A stretch of 64,000 nucleotides of DNA. Origin: Candidatus Poribacteria bacterium. GTDB taxonomy: Bacteria; Poribacteria; WGA-4E; PCPOR2b. The stretch lies in assembly GCA_965116925.1 (NCBI GenBank), contig OZ220744.1, forward strand, positions 1,824,001 through 1,888,000, in the 5' to 3' direction. The stretch's first letter is position 1, and the number at the start of each line of letters is the position of its first letter. The notes under the pieces were generated by a model. The model saw only the letters and a program-made list of their open reading frames with translations, did no database searches and was not told the origin of the DNA. This document shows, in pieces, positions 1 through 9,426 of this stretch. Position numbers and translations under genes: made by a program.

Positions 1-222
1 ACTCCGTTCATGCCAATCGCAGGTGAGAATACCGTGTCGAATGCGCCCACGTGTCAACGGATAGCCCATGTGGGGGCATTGGTTATCGGTTGCGTAGATT
101 TTGTCGTCAACATTGAATAGTGCGATGCTCCGTCCTTCGCCCAACCGCACCGCTTTTGCTTCTCCAGCGGGGACTTCGCTCAAATCCGCCAATTTCGTCC
201 ATTCTGCTTCTTGGGTTGCCAT
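1..222 (-). CDS. Rieske [2Fe-2S] domain protein (N-terminal part; runs off the window)
   Basis: Hand translation from ATG at 222: MATQEAEWTKLADLSEVPAGEAKAVRL...DNQCPHMGYPL...ILTCDWHERS, with Rieske CxH...CxxH ligands. AAGGA lies upstream. Not in the ORF track because it is open-ended. Confidence 0.85.
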   Translation of the reverse strand, partial: MATQEAEWTKLADLSEVPAGEAKAVRLGEGRSIALFNVDDKIYATDNQCPHMGYPLTRGRIRHGILTCDWHERS

Positions 223-239
223 GCGTTATATTTCCTTTC

Positions 240-347
240 TATAGTAGATTTTAGAATTAATGAGACACTCTAAATCGGCGCAGTTACAAACAGCGCCTAC
301 CAAACATGGGGAGCGAAAGTGCCCGTTTATTTTTTGAATTCACTATA
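240..347. repeat. ~108-bp dispersed intergenic element (TATAGT...ACTATA ends, internal GTAG-type hairpin)
   Basis: Near-identical copy at 60300-60319 plus 61693-61780, split by an IS. Partial reverse-strand copies near 42184-42226 and 50965-51095. Confidence 0.85.
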
Positions 348-470
348 AATTAAGTCGTCCCCCAAATGACGTTATGAACGTTATTTTATCATAACATATG
401 TTAAGTATCAAGGGCAAATTTCAAAAAAAATCACTTGTCCTTATTTTTTAAGCGTTTAGCGAGCGTAATT

Positions 471-549
471 CGTAGGGAACGCAGATTTGCGTTCCTTACA
501 CAGGAATTGGTTCTAGCGACCCATCGGGCGAGGGGACCTCGCCCCTACG
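471..549. repeat. Pair of GTAG-type REP-like hairpins
   Basis: CGTAGGGAACGCAGATTTGCGTTCC (471-495) and GGGCGAGGGGACCTCGCCCCTACG (526-549) in opposite orientations. Confidence 0.75.
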
Positions 550-641
550 ATTTGCCATGATAACTTTGTCTGATGTGAAAAATGGGGAGACGTCAAATGT
601 TAATCCACAATAAGTTGGGGCATACGAATCTTAGAAACCGA

Positions 642-670
642 TTGACAATACGGTATAAATTCGCTATCAT
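642..670 (+). promoter_or_regulatory. sigma70-type promoter of sat
   Basis: TTGACA (642-647), 17 nt, TATCAT (665-670). TTGACAAT...ATTGTCAA inverted repeat spans 642-679. Confidence 0.65.
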
Positions 671-755
671 AATTGTCAAGAGGACAAACCCAAAATCTCT
701 TGCAACAAATAAGATAACAACTGAGGTATTCTATTGCCTACTAAAGGAGCACTGA

Positions 756-1946
756 ATGATTAAACCACACGGTTCTGATACTTTGAATCCCCTTTACGTC
801 TCCGACGATGCCGAGCGCGCGGCGTTGATTAGAGAAGCTGAAAACTTACCCGCTATCCTAATTTCTTCGGGGGCTGCTGCATCTGCGGTGATGCTCGGTT
901 CTGGCTATTTTAATCCGCTCACCGGCTATATGAATCTCGCTGAAGCCACGAGTGTCGCTCAAAACATGACGCTGCCGAACGGTCAATTTTGGCCCGTTCC
1001 GGTGATGAATATTGTCAAATCGGAACAGGTTACCGATACGATTAAAAACGCTGAACGAATCGCCCTGCTCGATCCAAATGTAGACGGTCAGCCGCCCATC
1101 GCTGTCATGGAGGTTTCAGGGATTGAAGAGATCTCTGACGACCAGCGAACGTACCTGATTGAGCAGATCTTTCGGACGACGGATCCGACCCACCCCGGTG
1201 TGGAAGCCTTTACTGAGATGGGAGATCAGGTAATTTCTGGCCCCATCCAGGTCCTCAACTATTCCTATTTCAGATCTGATTTTCCTGACACCTTCCGCAC
1301 CGCCTCTGAAATCCGAGCGGATATTGAGGAGCGGGGGTGGAATACGGTTGTTGCGTTTCAGACACGGAACCCGATGCATCGCGCACATGAGGAGCTATGC
1401 AAAATTGCACAAAATGAGGTTGGTGCTGATGGAATTCTGATTCATATGCTGCTTGGCAAGCTGAAGCCGGGAGATATCCCTGCCGATGTCCGCGACGCCT
1501 CCATCCGCAAAATGGTCGAGTTGTATTTCCCTGAAAACACTGTCTCGATTACCGGTTACGGCTTTGATATGCTCTACGCCGGTCCCCGCGAGGCTGTGTT
1601 GCACGCGGTGTTCCGTCAGAATTGTGGATCCACACATCTAATTGTTGGGCGCGATCACGCGGGGGTTGGGGATTACTATGGGCCCTTTGACGCACAGACA
1701 ATTTTTGATGAGATCCCTGAAGGTGCACTCGAAATCGAAATTTTTCGGGGCGATCATACCGTTTGGTGTAACCAGTGTGGTGAGATTGTGATGATGCGTG
1801 ACTGTCCGCACGGACCGGAAGACTACCTATTCCTGTCAGGAACCAAGGTCAGGGATATGTTGGCAGCAGGTGAAATGCTGCCGCCGGAGTTTTCGCGTCC
1901 TGAAGTCGCCGAAATCTTGATGAAGTTTTATCAAGAGGAGGGGTAG
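756..1946 (+). CDS. sat: Sulfate adenylyltransferase (ATP sulfurylase)
   Basis: MIKPHG start, VAFQTRNPMHRAHE, YAGPREAVLHA, VGRDHAGVG and SGTKVR motifs. AAGGAG RBS. Confidence 0.97.
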   Translation: MIKPHGSDTLNPLYVSDDAERAALIREAENLPAILISSGAAASAVMLGSGYFNPLTGYMNLAEATSVAQNMTLPNGQFWPVPVMNIVKSEQVTDTIKNAERIALLDPNVDGQPPIAVMEVSGIEEISDDQRTYLIEQIFRTTDPTHPGVEAFTEMGDQVISGPIQVLNYSYFRSDFPDTFRTASEIRADIEERGWNTVVAFQTRNPMHRAHEELCKIAQNEVGADGILIHMLLGKLKPGDIPADVRDASIRKMVELYFPENTVSITGYGFDMLYAGPREAVLHAVFRQNCGSTHLIVGRDHAGVGDYYGPFDAQTIFDEIPEGALEIEIFRGDHTVWCNQCGEIVMMRDCPHGPEDYLFLSGTKVRDMLAAGEMLPPEFSRPEVAEILMKFYQEEG

Positions 1947-1989
1947 ACCTGCAATCCCCTTAAACAAGCAGCTGTCCTGGAGGTCTTCG

Positions 1990-2781
1990 TTACCATTTCA
2001 TATTCAGCGCGAATCGCGGTTGATTGCTGACATTCTTACTTCCTGAGTGGATACACAGATTATGTAGGAATAGCACATCGCCACGCCGAAGGGTCATGCC
2101 AACTGGGTCACCGAGATCGAGATCGGGGAGATCGGCATTCAGCGTGTTGCGGTATTCATAACGGACTGGATTCTTTCGCACTACGCGCTCCAGTTCGTGA
2201 TGCGATCCGGGCCAGACGAATGTGCCGCCGCCGTGCGGATCGATGTCGTTCAGATAAATCAGCGCACCGATTCGGAAGACGGGTGGGAAGGTTTTGTGAT
2301 AGTGTTCCTCAAGGGAGTGGTCTAGGTGCCCTCCCGATGTGATTGTTGGGGATTCCCATTCATCTGAGGTTGGATAGATATTGATGGTGTAAGCACAATC
2401 CCACCTGAAAAATTTGGAGATATCTTCTTTTGCTTCTTGTGCTGCTAGGAAGTCAGGGGCACAATAGGTCTTCGGATGTCGATGTAACTTGCTAAACGTG
2501 GACGGGTCTTCGCCGGTCAACTGCGCTGCTGCGGCGAGGCATTGCGGGGTGAAGCAGTCCACGAGATCCGCGCCGTTGTATAGACAGATCCCTCCTTGGA
2601 TATCGTCCCAAGAGGAGGGCGGATTATCAGGATCGATTCCCGCACAACGCCACATTGCAGCTTCCGCCTTTGCAGCGATGTCTTCAGGGATCAATCCAGA
2701 GACGAGCAGGTAGCCGTCGCGGTGATATTGCTCAATTTGGGCTTCTGAGATAGGAGAATTGTTTTTACTTGGATTGGTCAT
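1990..2781 (-). CDS. Phytanoyl-CoA dioxygenase (PhyH) family Fe(II)/2OG enzyme
   Basis: QYHRDGYLLV start motif, HLD, GGTFVWPGSH, GDVLFLH..CIHSG..N.S..PR. Confidence 0.9.
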   Translation of the reverse strand: MTNPSKNNSPISEAQIEQYHRDGYLLVSGLIPEDIAAKAEAAMWRCAGIDPDNPPSSWDDIQGGICLYNGADLVDCFTPQCLAAAAQLTGEDPSTFSKLHRHPKTYCAPDFLAAQEAKEDISKFFRWDCAYTINIYPTSDEWESPTITSGGHLDHSLEEHYHKTFPPVFRIGALIYLNDIDPHGGGTFVWPGSHHELERVVRKNPVRYEYRNTLNADLPDLDLGDPVGMTLRRGDVLFLHNLCIHSGSKNVSNQPRFALNMKW

Positions 2782-2885
2782 GTCGATTCCTCCGTGGAGC
2801 CTTCAGTCATTTCGGTCAACTGTTATCAAGCAAGATAACACATTCTCGGAAGTTAGGCAATACAAAAAATGAGATTGCATAATTG

Positions 2886-3635
2886 ATGAAGCCATATCTT
2901 TTTATTTTTCTGAGTTTTGCTTTTCTGTTGATCGGGTGCTCAGGCGAGGAGTTGGTTATCTTTGGCGCGATGAGCCTGACAGACGCGCTTACAGAGGTCA
3001 GCCAGCGTTTCGGCACAGCCCAGAATGTCAAGGTGTATTGTAACTTTGCGGGTTCTTCAACTTTACAACGCCAAATTGAGAAAGGTGCACCGGCGGATGT
3101 GTTCATCTCTGCTAGTCCCAAGCAGATCGATGCGTTACAGCAGAAGGGGTTTCTTTATGAAGGGTCGCGTCGAGCAATCTTGAATAACCGGTTGGTATTG
3201 ATCGCACCTGTCGACAGTTGGCTTTCCATGACTGATGTGGGTATGCTCCCCCAAGACTCGATTCGACGGATTGCTATTGGCGAACCGAATTCGGTCCCTG
3301 CCGGCATTTATGGGAGAGAGGCTTTGACGCACTTGGGAGTCTGGGACGCTGTACAGCCCAAATTGATCCCGAGCACCGATGTTCGATCCACTCTGGCGTA
3401 TGTGGAATCTGGCGAGGTGGATGTCGGGGTTGTCTATCAAACGGACGCGAGGTTCAGTAAGAAGGTCAGGATTATCTATCAGTTTCCTGATTCAAGTCAT
3501 TCTCCAATCGTGTACCCTGCAGCAGTGCTCCGAGATACCGGGAGTAAAATTCTCGCTCAAGCGTTTCTGGATTACCTACAAACCACCAAAGTTGCAACAA
3601 TCTTTGAAAAATATGGTTTCTCTGTGGTGAAATAA
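2886..3635 (+). CDS. modA: Molybdate ABC transporter substrate-binding lipoprotein
   Basis: Lipobox LIGC, AMSLTDAL, FAGSSTLQRQIEKGAPADVFISA, VPAGIYGREAL. Adjacent to modB and modC. Confidence 0.93.
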   Translation: MKPYLFIFLSFAFLLIGCSGEELVIFGAMSLTDALTEVSQRFGTAQNVKVYCNFAGSSTLQRQIEKGAPADVFISASPKQIDALQQKGFLYEGSRRAILNNRLVLIAPVDSWLSMTDVGMLPQDSIRRIAIGEPNSVPAGIYGREALTHLGVWDAVQPKLIPSTDVRSTLAYVESGEVDVGVVYQTDARFSKKVRIIYQFPDSSHSPIVYPAAVLRDTGSKILAQAFLDYLQTTKVATIFEKYGFSVVK

Positions 3636-4300
3636 TGTTAACAGGAGCGGAAGTCAGTGCGTTGGTTTTATCTATCAAAGTCGCCTCGTTGAGTCTGCTT
3701 TTTATCCTGCCTCCGGGACTCCTCATCGGCTGGCTACTCGCCAAGTTCTCATTCCCCGGCAAATCGCTTCTCAATACTATTGTCATGCTGCCGATGGTAT
3801 TGCCACCGGTCGTCAGCGGATTTTTTCTTCTGATTCTCCTTAGCAAGCGAGGACCAATCGGGGGACTGCTCTACCGTCTTTTCGGGCTTGAGATTGTCTT
3901 TTCGTGGATGGCGGTGGTGTTGGCGATCTCTGTGCTTTCGTTTCCGCTGTTGGTGCGCGGCATCGTTACGGCGATGGAGGGTGTGGACCCACGGTTAGAA
4001 AATGCTGCAAGGACGCTGGGCGCATCGCCGTTGAAGGTGTTTTTTACTGTCACGCTGCCTCTATCTTATCGTGGAATTATCGGGGGAGCAATCATGGGAT
4101 TTTCTCGGAGTCTCGGCGAATTTGGTGCGACCATGATGGTGGCGGGAAACATTCCGGGAAAAACGCAGACATTGCCGTTGGCAATCTATAACTTTGTGCA
4201 GATCGGTCAAGATATGAGTGCGTACCGTTTGGTGTTTCTATCTACATTGATTGCTTTCGCTACGCTCTGGATAGCGGAGCGTCTTTATATCAAGAGATGA
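3635..4300 (+). CDS. modB: Molybdate ABC transporter permease
   Basis: LPMVLPPVVSG, ENAARTLGA, RSLGEFGATMMVAGNIPGKTQTLPLAIY. Confidence 0.95.
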   Translation: MLTGAEVSALVLSIKVASLSLLFILPPGLLIGWLLAKFSFPGKSLLNTIVMLPMVLPPVVSGFFLLILLSKRGPIGGLLYRLFGLEIVFSWMAVVLAISVLSFPLLVRGIVTAMEGVDPRLENAARTLGASPLKVFFTVTLPLSYRGIIGGAIMGFSRSLGEFGATMMVAGNIPGKTQTLPLAIYNFVQIGQDMSAYRLVFLSTLIAFATLWIAERLYIKR

Positions 4301-4309
4301 AGCAAAGAA

Positions 4310-4374
4310 GGGCAGGCACAAGGGTTGCCCCTACAAAAATCGATCCAATGTAGGGGCAACCCTTGTGCCTGCCC
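4310..4374. repeat. REPIN-like perfect 26-bp inverted repeat inside the mod operon
   Basis: GGGCAGGCACAAGGGTTGCCCCTACA (4310-4335) and its exact reverse complement (4349-4374). Confidence 0.9.
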
Positions 4375-4406
4375 AAAACGCAAACTGTTATTAGGGATTA
4401 GGTCCC

Positions 4407-5486
4407 ATGCTAAAACTCAATTTTCGCAAGCAACTTGGCGATTTTCAACTTGAGATGGATCACACCATCACGGAGAAGGTAACGGCGTTTCTGGGCCCGT
4501 CGGGCAGCGGCAAAAGTACGCTGCTCAACTGTGTTAGTGGAATCCTGAACCCCGATGAGGGGGAGCTCCTGTTTTCCGGTCAAACGTTGTATTCTTCCCA
4601 TCAGAAAAAATGTCTGCCGCCGGAAAAACGTCATTTTGGATATGTCTTTCAGGAAGGGTATCTTTTTCCGCACCTGACGGTTAGCCAGAATATTTCGTAT
4701 GGTCGTCCCCGCCGCCCTAATGGTAATCACCAAATTGACTTCAATACAATAATCGACATCCTTGAAATCGGGGAATTATTGGATCGGTATCCGAGCCAGC
4801 TTTCCGGCGGTCAACGGCAGCGGGTCGCCATTGCGCGTGCTTTGGGGATGTCGCCGCGCTTGCTATTAATGGACGAGCCGCTTACCTCTCTAGATGCCGG
4901 CTTGAAAAACCGCATTCTGCCCTACCTTTATCACATCAAGGGGGCGTTTGATATTCCCCTCCTTTATGTCACCCATTCTATCTCAGAGGTGATGGCACTT
5001 GCAGATGAAGCGTTTTTGCTCTCCGATGGTCGGATCGCGGCGCGTGGAGAACCCCACCAACTGCTCGCTTCCCCTTCGGCGTTGCCCGTCGCCCAGATGA
5101 CGGGTGTGGAGAATATCCTCGCTTTGCCGGTGGTCGTTGCGTCGGAGGAGCGCGGCGTAACAGAATTGGCGTTGGGGGAACAGCGATTGATGGTTTCGTA
5201 TACGGAGACGGTGCCCGGTGCAACGATGCCGATCGCTATCCGGGCGCGGGATATCATTGTTGCGATGGACCCAGATCTACGGCTGAGTGCGCGGAATATT
5301 TTACGTGGGACGATCCGGGGGGTCGCTGTTCAAGCGGGGCGTGTGATGCTGTCGGTCGATATTGAGGGGCATCTGTTGTCGGTGGAGGTTACGAGTGATG
5401 CGCGTGAGCAGCTTGGGCTTGTGGAGGGGACGGTGTGTTACTTTATAATAAAGGCGAGTGCGGTTAATTTGTTATGGGAGGGTTGA
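4407..5486 (+). CDS. modC: Molybdate ABC transporter ATP-binding protein with TOBE domain
   Basis: GPSGSGKST, LSGGQRQRVA, LLLMDEP and C-terminal LSARNIL...FIIKASAV. Confidence 0.95.
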   Translation: MLKLNFRKQLGDFQLEMDHTITEKVTAFLGPSGSGKSTLLNCVSGILNPDEGELLFSGQTLYSSHQKKCLPPEKRHFGYVFQEGYLFPHLTVSQNISYGRPRRPNGNHQIDFNTIIDILEIGELLDRYPSQLSGGQRQRVAIARALGMSPRLLLMDEPLTSLDAGLKNRILPYLYHIKGAFDIPLLYVTHSISEVMALADEAFLLSDGRIAARGEPHQLLASPSALPVAQMTGVENILALPVVVASEERGVTELALGEQRLMVSYTETVPGATMPIAIRARDIIVAMDPDLRLSARNILRGTIRGVAVQAGRVMLSVDIEGHLLSVEVTSDAREQLGLVEGTVCYFIIKASAVNLLWEG

Positions 5487-5508
5487 GGGGACCTATGACT
5501 TTGCTGTG

Positions 5509-5540
5509 TTGACATTCTGAAGTTACTGTGTCAGAATGTC
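5509..5540 (+). promoter_or_regulatory. Candidate promoter overlapped by a perfect 10-bp operator palindrome
   Basis: TTGACA at 5509-5514. GACATTCTGA-N10-TCAGAATGTC at 5511-5540, about 40 nt upstream of the ATG at 5580. Confidence 0.55.
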
Positions 5541-5579
5541 TTCTATCCAATCAAAAGATTTTACTATAAGGAGATTTTC

Positions 5580-6656
5580 ATGGCACTGATACCCTGTCCG
5601 GAATGTAGACGACGAACGATTGAGACTGCCGAGAGTTGTCCAAACTGCGGCTATACACTAACACTAGAGGAAGTTACTAAGATTAAGGAGATTAGGAAAA
5701 AACGTTCAAAGTGGATAATAGGTTTTCTGGCTTTTCTAGCTTCCTTTGTTGTAATCGCTATCCTTGTCGACTTATATTCACGGAAATCAACAATAACGGA
5801 AACATGGCAAGAGCCAGTTAAAAGTTCAATGGCCCCCTCTACGTACGGCTCTCAACCTGCCCCCCCCAAGACTATCGAAACTCAACCACCATCAGTGCCG
5901 ATGATGTCCGTGCCCAAGCCCTCTGAACATCCAGAAACCGCCGGAACTCAACAAAAGCAAATGGCAGAGAACGAAGCGTGGTTAGGCACATGGTCTCTTG
6001 AGCTCATCGGTGGCCAGTCTACGGAAGATAATTTGGCAGGAGATCTGCAATCTGATATTTTTCTATCAGGGGACCATACATTTTATGCGGATGGACGATT
6101 TGAGTCAAAACTACGCCAAGATACAGGCAAGGGAATTCCTACAACTACTGCCTACGGGACTTACGAGGTATTTGGTAACAGGTACAATACTGTGCTAATG
6201 GGGGTAACCACGTCCATCGGGTCAACAAGCATTCCTGTACCTGATATAACGAGCTATCAGTCTGGGACGTGGTCAAGAACAGGAGATATGCTAACCATGA
6301 TTCCTGTAGATTCTTCCACTAAGGTATTCAAATTATTAGAAGTGCTGCAAACAACACCGCCTGCTGAAGCCTCAACGGAATACGACGAAATACCACGCCT
6401 CCTCAAACAGGTCTTCATACAGTATCCTGAGGCTGCGCGTCGCGCTGGGAGGGAAGGTCTTGTTAAACTTGAGTTTACTGCTGGTGTGGACGGAAGAGCA
6501 ACGGACACTAAGGTGGTAAAGGAAGAACCGAAAGGGTTCGGCTTCGGTGAAGCGTCGATGGAAGCCGTGAAAAAAATGCGTTTTAGGCCAGCTAGGAAAG
6601 ATGGAGAAAATGTCCCCATGCGGGTGCAACTTCCAATTCGATTTACCCCTGAATAA
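5580..6656 (+). CDS. TonB C-terminal domain protein with N-terminal zinc ribbon, TM helix, Pro-rich linker and an inserted beta-rich domain
   Basis: CPEC...CPNCG, hydrophobic helix WIIGFLAFLASFVVIAILV, and C-terminal YPEAARRAGREGLVKLEF...AVKKMRFRPA...LPIRF. Confidence 0.8.
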   Translation: MALIPCPECRRRTIETAESCPNCGYTLTLEEVTKIKEIRKKRSKWIIGFLAFLASFVVIAILVDLYSRKSTITETWQEPVKSSMAPSTYGSQPAPPKTIETQPPSVPMMSVPKPSEHPETAGTQQKQMAENEAWLGTWSLELIGGQSTEDNLAGDLQSDIFLSGDHTFYADGRFESKLRQDTGKGIPTTTAYGTYEVFGNRYNTVLMGVTTSIGSTSIPVPDITSYQSGTWSRTGDMLTMIPVDSSTKVFKLLEVLQTTPPAEASTEYDEIPRLLKQVFIQYPEAARRAGREGLVKLEFTAGVDGRATDTKVVKEEPKGFGFGEASMEAVKKMRFRPARKDGENVPMRVQLPIRFTPE

Positions 6657-6661
6657 TAGTT

Positions 6662-6808
6662 CGGTACTTACGCAAATTTAGCACATGGGGGGTAGATTTT
6701 TGATTTTTAACCCCCTAAATCCCGCTCCCGATTTTATCCCCGATACATCGGGACAGGCGGGATGTACCACTTATCAGGGGGACTTATGAATGTGCTGCGT
6801 AAGTCCTA
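6662..6808. repeat. MITE-like element, family with TAGGACTTACGCA...TGCGTAAGTCCTA ends
   Basis: Terminal inverted repeats. Homologous over its length to the reverse complement of 62715-62832. Confidence 0.75.
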
Positions 6809-6877
6809 AGTTTATTTTTTTCTCCACCTACCGTATTAACCCGAATGTTAGTATTTTTACTAAAGTTTAGACAATTT

Positions 6878-8140
6878 TTATTTTCTTGATGTAGCCGTAT
6901 CAAGGGTTTGTTGAATATCGTCGGCATTGATGTTTTTACCGAACATCGCAGAAACTAATCGGTTTTCCATTAAAGCCCGTAGATACCGCACCATCAACCC
7001 GCGTGTCAACTTAGCGGGTCGATACCAATCAATGCCCAATGTCTGAGTTACCTGCTCGATGGTTACCGGCGTGTCAGTATGGGAAGTGACAGCGAATAAC
7101 AGTTGGGTCATGCAACTGGCTATGAAACTGAGTTGGACAAACCGATTGATACTTTTTCGACACTTGACCCGATAGGTGTCAAATCCGAAGTGTTGCTTGG
7201 TGTCCCGAAAGGCGGTCTCAATCAACCATCTCTTTTGGTAGTATCGCACAATCTGCGGTAAATCTAGGGTTAAGTCAGTGGTAAAGACACAGAAGTATCG
7301 AAACGGCTTACGCCTTTTGTCACGCGTTCGCATCACCACGACACGAACGGGTTGTGGACACATTTTGGTTCGGGCGACTATACTTGCTATGGCATACTGT
7401 TTGTCGTCAATGTCAGTCGTTTTATACCGCAGATACGGCAGATGAATCCGTTTGCCGTATCTCTTAGGTCTGCCGGGTTTGGATTGCTTGGCAGCGGTAG
7501 GTAACCGATAGAACACTGCATTCGACTTGGCACGACACAACAGGTGATGTCCCGCTTTAAGGACACAGCCAAACACTTTCTGTCGAGCGAATCCCCGGTC
7601 AAAGATAATCAGTCCCGCAGGGAGGCGGCTGCACATCCGTTTGAGGACTGACTCACTAGTGTCGCGCTTTGTCTGTGGACACATCAACTTGACAAACACC
7701 GGAAACAGTATCGTCTCGTGGACGGTGCTACAAAGTAATCCCAATGCACCAAACTGATGACCATGGTGAAACTTCGATTGATTCGTGTTGCGTGTGTGAT
7801 AGCGATGGTTCCTGAAAAAATGAAGTCCAAATTGTGTCTCGCCGGTCTTTCGTGCGTGCGTCTCATCGTAAACGTAGACCCAGTTATCGAAACACCTCTG
7901 TAACAACTTCAGCAGATGGTGACCGACTCTATCGGCGTCCCACTTGCCACGCGAAAGGAACTTCACCAGCGAGTGGTAACCCGTTTTCGGACGAACCGCT
8001 TGATAAATGCCGGTCAGCGTCGCACCTTCGCGCTGTGTGATAAGTCCCACAACAAAGACACAAAACAGATGAAAGTTTTGAGACTTGAATAACGGACGAA
8101 AATCGGTTAAAATAGCATTCAGGCAGAATATGAGGTACAT
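6878..8140 (-). CDS. DDE transposase (IS4 superfamily, IS701/ISH3-like)
   Basis: YVYDET, IIFDRGF and YQKRWLIETAFRDTK (Y-x2-R-x3-E-x6-K signature). ATG at 8140 follows AAGGAG. Confidence 0.92.
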   Translation of the reverse strand: MYLIFCLNAILTDFRPLFKSQNFHLFCVFVVGLITQREGATLTGIYQAVRPKTGYHSLVKFLSRGKWDADRVGHHLLKLLQRCFDNWVYVYDETHARKTGETQFGLHFFRNHRYHTRNTNQSKFHHGHQFGALGLLCSTVHETILFPVFVKLMCPQTKRDTSESVLKRMCSRLPAGLIIFDRGFARQKVFGCVLKAGHHLLCRAKSNAVFYRLPTAAKQSKPGRPKRYGKRIHLPYLRYKTTDIDDKQYAIASIVARTKMCPQPVRVVVMRTRDKRRKPFRYFCVFTTDLTLDLPQIVRYYQKRWLIETAFRDTKQHFGFDTYRVKCRKSINRFVQLSFIASCMTQLLFAVTSHTDTPVTIEQVTQTLGIDWYRPAKLTRGLMVRYLRALMENRLVSAMFGKNINADDIQQTLDTATSRK

Positions 8141-8222
8141 AACTTCTCCTTTCAAAATTGTGATGGATTTCTGAAAGGATAACCTCTTTTCTGCCTTTTT
8201 GCATTAAAATTGTACTAACTTT

Positions 8223-8407
8223 AACGCAAGTTGCTAGTTATATGCGAGGCAGTAAAAGGCGACTCCCAATATCCGTAGGTCGGGCATCTTGCCCGACTCA
8301 TAGCCCCAGCGGGGCGACATGTGTATAGAAAACAGGATAAAACCAGCCTTAAAGCCCCAGCGGGGCGACATGTATGTGGTATCGTAACACAACTAGCAAC
8401 TTAGGTT
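8223..8407. mobile_element. MITE-like element with AACCTAAGTTGCTAGTT-type TIRs and a 6-bp target duplication
   Basis: Ends AACGCAAGTTGCTAGTT and AACTAGCAACTTAGGTT, flanked by AACTTT at 8217-8222 and 8408-8413. The same terminus recurs at ~42060 and ~57555-57590. Confidence 0.7.
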
Positions 8408-8681
8408 AACTTTAGTATAATTAAGGGTAATTCATAAATAATCTTAACAAATTTTAGTTCACTATAGTTTCCATTGTAACCCCCCAAATCGCAAACCCAG
8501 AAGCTAGAAAATCCTGCGACATAACTCACCCTGAATCCCCAAGGGTCCCCTTTTTCATCAAGCTGTAATTATTTTGAACACGAACTTTTTTTTGCGCCAG
8601 AAATCGTTTTCAACCTTTATCAATCCCTCCTGTCGTCTGGTTTTCTAACAATTTTAAGCCTATACTTGCTTCGCCGCTTCC

Positions 8682-8729
8682 TTGAATTCCATCCTTTCAT
8701 ATGTTATTATTTCTTATAGAAAATAATAA
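8682..8729 (+). promoter_or_regulatory. Promoter of the marR operon with an AT-rich palindrome over the -10
   Basis: TTGAAT (8682-8687), 17 nt, TATTAT (8705-8710) with an upstream TG. Imperfect palindrome TTATTATTTCT-TAT-AGAAAATAATAA at 8704-8729. Confidence 0.55.
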
Positions 8730-8848
8730 GCACGCCGTTACTTGCTATACTCCGGTTAGAAAGAACTCACTAAATTTACATCAATTTGGTTGCCGCCGGC
8801 GAACAGGAGAATCTTGGAACGGTAAAGAGTTAGCAAGGAGATATTTAT

Positions 8849-9364
8849 ATGACTCATGAGCATCAAGAGACGCACGATGCTGTACTCATTTCTTTGAGAC
8901 GCATCATCCGCGCGATTGATCTCCGCTCAAAGAACCTCGCGCAACATCACGGACTCACCGTGCCACAACTGGTTGTTCTTCAAGAGGTTAACCGATCAGG
9001 AGAGATACCAGCCGGTCAGTTGGCGAAGAACGTTAGCCTCAGCAACGCAACCGTCACAGGAATTCTCGACCGGCTTGCAAAGCGCGAACTGGTGGACAGA
9101 AGGCGTAGCGGTAATGATAAACGCCGCGTGCTCGTAAAACTCACCAGGAAAGGGACAGAGATGCTTTCCAAGGCACCTTTGTTACTTCAAGACCGTTTTG
9201 TGTCCGAATTCAGCAAACTTGCCGATTGGGAACAAAACCTAATTCTCTCGTCGCTGCAAAGAGTCGCTCACATGATGGAAGCAAAAGACCTTGATGCGGC
9301 GCCTCTGCTTGTCAGTGGAGAGATTTCCGGAACAACCGAAGCCCAAAAGGATCTACTACTATAA
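8849..9364 (+). CDS. MarR-family transcriptional regulator, EctR-like
   Basis: LRRIIRAIDLRSK..HGLTVPQLVVL, SLSNATVTGILDRL, DKRRVLVKLT and WEQNLILSSLQRVAHMM.A.DLDAAP, resembling ectoine-operon regulators. Confidence 0.85.
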   Translation: MTHEHQETHDAVLISLRRIIRAIDLRSKNLAQHHGLTVPQLVVLQEVNRSGEIPAGQLAKNVSLSNATVTGILDRLAKRELVDRRRSGNDKRRVLVKLTRKGTEMLSKAPLLLQDRFVSEFSKLADWEQNLILSSLQRVAHMMEAKDLDAAPLLVSGEISGTTEAQKDLLL

Positions 9365-9426
9365 TTCAAAGTCCGCTAGTTCCTATACGAAAATCGATGC
9401 AAACTATTCATGCCAAGGAGGTAAAA

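Larger units (their letters stand above)
6860..8415 (-). mobile_element. IS4/IS701-like insertion sequence, copy 1 (right end interrupted)
   Basis: Begins with TIR CTAAAGTTTAGACAATTTT at 6860. About 5 substitutions seen versus copy 2. The other TIR appears split by an element at 8223-8407. Confidence 0.85.

Noticed and set aside
756..1946. sat as evidence for dissimilatory sulfur metabolism
   Set aside because: No aprAB, dsr or qmo genes in the window, so the direction and pathway cannot be inferred.
8302..8373. Two copies of the palindromic 21-mer AGCCCCAGCGGGGCGACATGT, 30 nt apart (CRISPR-like spacing)
   Set aside because: Only two units, no cas genes or leader, and they sit inside a MITE-like element, so a dispersed repeat is the better explanation.
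8424..8848. Possible riboswitch or ncRNA upstream of marR
   Set aside because: I could not match any known riboswitch consensus by eye; a covariance-model search would be needed.
8849..9364. Ectoine biosynthesis locus
   Set aside because: The regulator is EctR-like but no ectA, ectB, ectC or ask gene follows.
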